From an uncultured virus (IMG/VR IMGVR_UViG_3300042940_001453) (Duplodnaviria; Heunggongvirae; Uroviricota; Caudoviricetes), in the IMG/VR virus record IMGVR_UViG_3300042940_001453, positions 1-64,000 of that record: a stretch of 64,000 nt of DNA. The stretch is one strand, 5' to 3'. The translations under genes were made by a program, and so were the position numbers. This document shows positions 58,776-64,000 of the stretch, piece after piece. The notes beneath the pieces are model-generated. The model was not told the DNA's origin and searched no databases. It saw only the letters and a list, made by a program, of their open reading frames with translations. Positions within the stretch are counted from its first letter, which is position 1. Each line of letters starts with the position of its first letter.

Positions 58776-60095
58776 TCATATTTTTTCATCCGTTTTATCA
58801 GCTGTACCTTTCAATTTACTTGATATTTTATTTAAATAATTCTTGATTTTATCTTTATAGATCTGTTTAGCAGTAATATTGTTTGGCTCTGTTGGTGCGC
58901 GATCACCCCAATGAATTTTTTGTGTAAAATACTTATCTCCAAATCTTTTCCTCAATTCCTTGGTTCTTATTACGAATGTATCTTCTGGTCCCTTATTTTG
59001 TATTATACCCAAGGCAAATGCGTCTTTTAATCTAAATCCCTTCATCTTTAATCCGGCGATTACACCCACGGGTTTACCTGTATCAGGATCAATTGGTCGA
59101 TCACTATCGTCTAAAAATCTCAAATCGGTTCTATCTGCATCAATTACTTTATAACCACGATAATATTCTGGTAATTCATCAAATATTGCGGAAATATTAC
59201 CACCAGCCTTCAAATATTTTTCACATTCTATATTGTTTTGTAAAGTTTCTTTTCTTGAAAAAGTCATATGTGGTTTTGAAGGATCTTCAAGACTTTGCAT
59301 TGCCCATTTAAACACGGCTGTATAGTCATAAAATTTAACATCTGGATTTGCAGATTTCCAACTTTCCAATTTTTTATGAAAATCAAGATCGCTCGTACCG
59401 TTTAATCTAACCGATAACTTTAAATTGTATTTAGCAGCCACTTTTTTCAAAAACTCCATTTCAATTTGCAATCTTTCAATGAAGTCTTCAGGACGCATTG
59501 GATTCAATATTCTACCACGTTTACCTTCGGGTCCGGGTCTACCTTTGCCATAAAATCTATCTATAATTTTTGGATCTGTAGGAATATTTTTCATCTCATC
59601 AGATGTCAATTTGTCACCAAACAACCAACGAGTTTTTCTAGCTCTTGCTGCTAATTTTGCTTTTAGATATGCAGGGTTACCAGCAAAATTCAAACAACCA
59701 GCGTTACATTCCGGACTTTTCTTTGGACACACTTCGTGACCTGATGAATCAGAGGGAGCCAAATATAAAATTGCAGTCAAATATCCTTTGTCATCTAAGA
59801 AAGACTTCAGTGTTTTTGGATCGTTTAATACACTCAACAGTTTTAATCTTCCTTGAGTGTCTCGGGCAATATTCTTCATTAATTCGGCCAACTCAAAACT
59901 AATAGGCTCCTTTTTGTTCGCTTCAGTCAAACATATCTTTAAATTGTTATCGGTATCATTTATAGCTTCATATAGAGATTGATTTACGCAATTTTTACAT
60001 TCACATACAAACGTATCTAGTGGGATAATACTGTCATCAGGTAACCCAAGTGTTTCGTACATTTTAACTTCTGTTAATAAATCAATAAATTTCAT
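58776..60095 (-). CDS. GP88-like protein (Cys cluster)
   Basis: ILYLAP, VCP....ECNAGCL, VRLNGTSD, FYDYT, TFSR, DLRFLD, GLKMKG. Confidence 0.7.
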   Translation of the reverse strand: MKFIDLLTEVKMYETLGLPDDSIIPLDTFVCECKNCVNQSLYEAINDTDNNLKICLTEANKKEPISFELAELMKNIARDTQGRLKLLSVLNDPKTLKSFLDDKGYLTAILYLAPSDSSGHEVCPKKSPECNAGCLNFAGNPAYLKAKLAARARKTRWLFGDKLTSDEMKNIPTDPKIIDRFYGKGRPGPEGKRGRILNPMRPEDFIERLQIEMEFLKKVAAKYNLKLSVRLNGTSDLDFHKKLESWKSANPDVKFYDYTAVFKWAMQSLEDPSKPHMTFSRKETLQNNIECEKYLKAGGNISAIFDELPEYYRGYKVIDADRTDLRFLDDSDRPIDPDTGKPVGVIAGLKMKGFRLKDAFALGIIQNKGPEDTFVIRTKELRKRFGDKYFTQKIHWGDRAPTEPNNITAKQIYKDKIKNYLNKISSKLKGTADKTDEKI

Positions 60096-60358
60096 ATGTG
60101 TTTTGTTATTCTTACTTTTAGATTACCTGTGCCTTTTATTACACGGTGGTATGTTTCTTTAGGTATAAATATTGTTTCTTTAAGTAATTGTGGTAAATTA
60201 TTATCTAATTGAAAGTGCCAATTGTTATTTTCTATAACTTCAACGGTTCTGTCTTCACGATCTATATGCCATTCCAGTTCGTGAGTAGCTACATCGGAAC
60301 TAAATTCTCTTATATACTGACTGTTACCCAGTGGGTTTTCTATAAACGGTAGACTCAT
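60092..60358 (-). CDS. Small cupin-like phage protein
   Basis: ELEWHIDREDR...IFIPKETYHRVIKG. Confidence 0.7.
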   Translation of the reverse strand: MSLPFIENPLGNSQYIREFSSDVATHELEWHIDREDRTVEVIENNNWHFQLDNNLPQLLKETIFIPKETYHRVIKGTGNLKVRITKHI

Positions 60359-60966
60359 TACCAGTATTTACCTTTACCTTTATTACCCAACGATTTCATT
60401 CTATGACTTCTGCAACTCCAATATCCAGCCGTTGTTCTATCTTTCTTTTGACTACATCTGTGTCTAGCTGCAAAACTCTTACGACGAGCCTTGCTACTAG
60501 CTCTGCTTCTCATATTTGGATCTCCAAATGTTACTTTTTTAACTTTGCCATTCTTAGATTTAACATATACAGCATATTTTTTAGGACCGCCGGGTGTTCT
60601 AAATGGTCTACTTAAATTAACAGTGCGTCCTCTATGCTTAAGTTCCATCAATAAATCTTCTTCGTCTTCGATAGGCGCATCCAAATACACTTCTCTACCT
60701 TCAAATATAGCCTTTTTACCCAAATCACTTTCAACCAATTCAGCGTCAGCGTCACACAATTCTATTAAATTTTGAAAATACAAAGTACGAACTTCTTCGA
60801 TTAAATCAAAATAAGACTCACTATAGGTTCTAAAAATGTTTTCGCTAAGTGGAATTTTATTGTCAATATGATAACGTAAATAAGAACTCATCACTGGTTC
60901 TATGTTCTTAGGATGTGCCATCGGACACAACGAATCGTTCTCTATTAAGTCATTAAGTTTGATCAT
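60358..60966 (-). CDS. Hypothetical phage protein with basic C-terminal domain
   Basis: PFRTPGGPKKYAVYV, FGDPNM, RRKSFAARHRC, YWSC. Confidence 0.75.
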   Translation of the reverse strand: MIKLNDLIENDSLCPMAHPKNIEPVMSSYLRYHIDNKIPLSENIFRTYSESYFDLIEEVRTLYFQNLIELCDADAELVESDLGKKAIFEGREVYLDAPIEDEEDLLMELKHRGRTVNLSRPFRTPGGPKKYAVYVKSKNGKVKKVTFGDPNMRSRASSKARRKSFAARHRCSQKKDRTTAGYWSCRSHRMKSLGNKGKGKYW

Positions 60967-60967
60967 A

Positions 60968-61008
60968 TTGATAAATATTAGTTTTATTATAAAAAATAAT
61001 ATTTATAT
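60968..61008. promoter_or_regulatory. Back-to-back TATTTAT motifs of a divergent gene pair (candidate late promoters)
   Basis: ATAAATA at 60971-60977 (- gene) and TATTTAT at 61000-61006 (+ gene), each 4-5 nt before an ATG. Confidence 0.6.
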
Positions 61009-61011
61009 TAT

Positions 61012-61977
61012 ATGAACTTTAAAAAACAACTGTTTTACACCATCGTAATTTTAATACTAACCGGTTGTATTTCGTCTGAAGTTAGACCGGCGAAGCAAGT
61101 TACAACTGCACAAGACGCTGTTGCTAAACAAGAAGCCAAAGTAGATAATACGATGGTAGAGTTGGAAAAAGTAGAAAAAGGCAAACGTGTACAAGCATCG
61201 TCTTTGTCTATAGGTATTCAACACTCTTTAAGTCAAGTAACAAACCCGTCAGTACAAGTAGATACTGCTAAATCACTCAATGAACGTGTAATTTCTATAG
61301 TTGGATCACCACACATAGATGAAATTAAACGTATAAAAGCTACCGTTGATTTATTAAACAGTCAAGTTGCTGAGGAAAGAAAAAAGGGTGATCAATTACT
61401 ATCACAACGTGACGAAATCATAAACAAATTGCAAAAAGAAAAGTCTGCTTTGAAAGAAAAGTATGACGATGAATTATGGCAAATGACTGATAAAGCAAAA
61501 GAAATTGCAAAAGAAGCTGATCAAAGCAAGGCTACTTTGGATGCTATGAGTGGTATGTTTGGTCTTAATGCTGTATTTTGGGGTTTAAAAAAGTTCTTTG
61601 TTAGTGCAATGACCGCAATTATCATATTTGTTGTGGTATTTGTTATATTAAGAATATTAGCAACAGTACATCCAGCAGCTGGTGCAGCATTTAGTATATT
61701 TAATATGATTGGTTCTGGATTACTAAGTTTGGTAAAAGCATTAACTCCACATGCATTTGAATTGGCTAACTTCGCTTCAAAAGACAAAGTTGATGAATTC
61801 AAGTCTCCACTTGTTAAAATAGTTGATGTAATTCAAGAACTAAAAGAAAAACAAAAAGAATCTCCTGATAGAGTATATCCATTGACTGAAGTATTGAAAA
61901 GATTTGATAAAGAAATGGATAGTTCCGAAAAAGAATTGATTGATGATATTCTAAAAGAACAAAAGTGGATTAAATAA
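61012..61977 (+). CDS. Lipoprotein with long coiled coil and two TM segments
   Basis: Lipobox LTGC at aa 16-19, coiled coil ~30-180, hydrophobic ~185-243. Confidence 0.75.
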   Translation: MNFKKQLFYTIVILILTGCISSEVRPAKQVTTAQDAVAKQEAKVDNTMVELEKVEKGKRVQASSLSIGIQHSLSQVTNPSVQVDTAKSLNERVISIVGSPHIDEIKRIKATVDLLNSQVAEERKKGDQLLSQRDEIINKLQKEKSALKEKYDDELWQMTDKAKEIAKEADQSKATLDAMSGMFGLNAVFWGLKKFFVSAMTAIIIFVVVFVILRILATVHPAAGAAFSIFNMIGSGLLSLVKALTPHAFELANFASKDKVDEFKSPLVKIVDVIQELKEKQKESPDRVYPLTEVLKRFDKEMDSSEKELIDDILKEQKWIK

Positions 61978-62052
61978 ATTAATATTTATATTTATTATAT
62001 AATTGTTTTGGATTGTTAACAAATGTTATGTGTTAATAAACTAAAGACGATT

Positions 62053-62430
62053 ATGGATACAAATACAGCACACGTAATATCTCAACAGGTACTAGAATCA
62101 ACCGCACAAGATATGACAGGCAAATATGTCTGGATGTTCGTAGCGGGATTAGTAATTCTAATGTTTAAATCAAGCATTGAAAAACTTGCCGCGGCACTGT
62201 TTATGTTTATTGGGTCCGATTACAAAGAAGATGATGTTGTATATATTGATGGCAAACCCGGCAGAATTGTTCGTGTGGGACTTACAAAAACTGTATTTTT
62301 CATATATGACGTAGTAGATGGTAAGGTTGTAGGCGGAAGTAAATTAGTTATCCAAAATGAAAGACTAGCTGGTCTAAACATAGAAAAACCACTACCTCAA
62401 TTGGATTTAAGCCGTTTCAAAAAAGACTAA
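62053..62430 (+). CDS. Minimal MscS-like (TM + beta-domain) protein
   Basis: TM helices then YKEDDVVYIDGKPGRIVRVGLTKTVF...LVIQN. Confidence 0.6.
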   Translation: MDTNTAHVISQQVLESTAQDMTGKYVWMFVAGLVILMFKSSIEKLAAALFMFIGSDYKEDDVVYIDGKPGRIVRVGLTKTVFFIYDVVDGKVVGGSKLVIQNERLAGLNIEKPLPQLDLSRFKKD

Positions 62431-62445
62431 TTTACTAATTAAACT

Positions 62446-64000
62446 ATGGCTATTAACATTTTTACCCACATCAAACGTGGGTTATACGATAACGTCTACA
62501 ACTGTATCGAAAAAGAAAAAGTAGATGTCAATCAAAGAGACGATGATACAGGCAATCCACCATTGGTTGTTGCTGTAGAAGAAAATCAAGTGGAAATCGT
62601 AAAACTACTGTTAAATCACGGTGCAGATCCCAACTGTAAAGATTGGACCAGTAAAAATACAGCACTGGATGTAGCTGAACAAAAAGGTTTTAAAAATATC
62701 GCAGAAATACTACAACAAAGAGGTGCAAAATACAGTAGCGGTAGTAGTTTCCATTTAGCCGCAAAAAATGGTGATATCGTTTCTATTGAAGAAATGTTAG
62801 ACAAGGGATTTGATATCAATGAAGTTGACGCTGGCAAAGGTTGGACCGCACTACATTATGCAGTAAATTACGGACAAAAACACTTGGTTGAATATCTAAT
62901 TGTAAGAGGAGCTGATGTTAACAAGAAAGATTTCTTGGGTAAAAATAATCCTATTGACGTACTATCCAATACCAATAGAGGTGACATTGTTAAGTTATTG
63001 AATAAGTACGGTGCTAAATCCGCAGGAGGTGTTAGTATTCATTTCTGCGCAGAAACAGGAGATTTTGAAGGTGTACAATCGTTCTTTGATAAAGATGGTA
63101 AAATCAATGGCAGAGATGAAAAGAATGGATGGATGCCACTACATTATGCCGTTAACGCTAACGATGTTGATATGGTGGAATTTTTGGTACATTTGGGTGC
63201 GAATGTTAACGGTGCAGATTTCAAAGGTGAAATTGCTCCGTTGGATTTGGCATTTAAGACGGGTAATGTAGAAATGCAAACATATCTGCAATCCAAAGGT
63301 GCTCAAAGAAAAAAGAAACACGATATTGGTGGTGGTGGAAAAGATGTAAACATATACATCACAGATGAAGTTAAAAAGCAAATTGCATTGTTTGTTGAAA
63401 AACGTAATCGTGAAGAAGCTGCAATAAAGAAACACGAAGAAGAACAAGCATCAAAAGAACCAAAGAAAAAAGATGCACCAGCTAAGAAAATTAACTGGAA
63501 AGATTTCTTGAAACTTAAAGATATTCCAGTGGTAGAAAAGAAAGAAGAAAAGAAGGTAGAAGTTGTTAAACCCGTCAAACAAGTTGTCAAGAAAGTTGAA
63601 CAAGTTGATGTAGAAGTCAAATCTGGTAGATTGCAATTGGACGTAGAACAAGAAGGTTATATATTCTTTATGGATATTGTTGCTTATAGTAAGAAAACAA
63701 CAGATGAACAAAAGAAGGCTTGTAAAGATTTGGGTGCATTGGTTAAGTCTACAATGCAATACAAAACAGCTAATGCGCTTGAAAAGTTAATTATATTACC
63801 TACTGGTGACGGTATGGTATTGGGATTCTTTACTTATTTGGAAGATGCAATGAATTGTGCAGTTACTATAGCTAAAGCAGTAAAGGATAGACCGGATTTA
63901 CAAATGAGAATGGGTGTACATTGTGGACCTGTAATACCAATGGAAGATATTAATGGCAATCTCAATATCAGTGGTGATGGTATCAACTATGCTCAAAGAG
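62446..64000 (+). CDS. Ankyrin-repeat protein fused to class III nucleotidyl cyclase (truncated by window end; not in ORF track)
   Basis: Open frame from ATG 62446 to the end; ankyrins (GWTALHYAV, GWMPLHYAV, GADVN); cyclase FFMDIVAYS, LPTGDGM, MRMGVHCGPV, NISGDGINYAQR. Confidence 0.9.
   Translation, partial: MAINIFTHIKRGLYDNVYNCIEKEKVDVNQRDDDTGNPPLVVAVEENQVEIVKLLLNHGADPNCKDWTSKNTALDVAEQKGFKNIAEILQQRGAKYSSGSSFHLAAKNGDIVSIEEMLDKGFDINEVDAGKGWTALHYAVNYGQKHLVEYLIVRGADVNKKDFLGKNNPIDVLSNTNRGDIVKLLNKYGAKSAGGVSIHFCAETGDFEGVQSFFDKDGKINGRDEKNGWMPLHYAVNANDVDMVEFLVHLGANVNGADFKGEIAPLDLAFKTGNVEMQTYLQSKGAQRKKKHDIGGGGKDVNIYITDEVKKQIALFVEKRNREEAAIKKHEEEQASKEPKKKDAPAKKINWKDFLKLKDIPVVEKKEEKKVEVVKPVKQVVKKVEQVDVEVKSGRLQLDVEQEGYIFFMDIVAYSKKTTDEQKKACKDLGALVKSTMQYKTANALEKLIILPTGDGMVLGFFTYLEDAMNCAVTIAKAVKDRPDLQMRMGVHCGPVIPMEDINGNLNISGDGINYAQR

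Noticed and set aside
62616..63759. Short ORF-track ORFs at the right end
   Set aside because: Antisense or out-of-frame shadows of the ankyrin-cyclase gene
1..64000. tRNA or rRNA genes
   Set aside because: No cloverleaf or rRNA-like sequence noticed in the short intergenic gaps by eye; tRNAscan-SE was not run

Overview
AT-rich segment of a large (T4-like/jumbo-class) tailed bacteriophage genome, standard genetic code. Layout: (1) 1-9.1 kb, + strand sugar-nucleotide and glycosylation operon (GT17-like tail, methyltransferase, PseB-like dehydratase, epimerase, DegT aminotransferase, WbqC, PIG-L deacetylase, radical SAM, GT2). (2) 9.1-33 kb, - strand replication/repair/nucleotide block (dNMP kinase, clamp-loader subunit, UvsE, DUF4338, vWA+MoxR, PAS membrane protein, NrdAB, helicase, 5'-3' exonuclease, NUMOD3 endonuclease, RecA/UvsX, gp32-like SSB, divergent family A polymerase). 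(3) 33-61 kb, - strand tail/neck module (baseplate, tape measure, chaperone, tube, two fibres including a 1909-aa Gly-X-X repeat protein, gp15/14/13-like), with no sheath gene recognised. (4) 61-64 kb, + strand lipoprotein, MscS-like protein and an ankyrin-repeat/class III nucleotidyl cyclase fusion that is absent from the ORF track because it runs off the window end. Highlights read from the DNA: the ankyrin-cyclase with non-canonical base-specificity residues; a 5'-nuclease gene split inside its catalytic motif by a 5-nt TAGTG stop/start overlap; a +1/-2 slippery site in the tail chaperone; a TATTTAT candidate late promoter; and T4-like capsid-targeting N-termini. All family calls come from motif recognition, not database searches.
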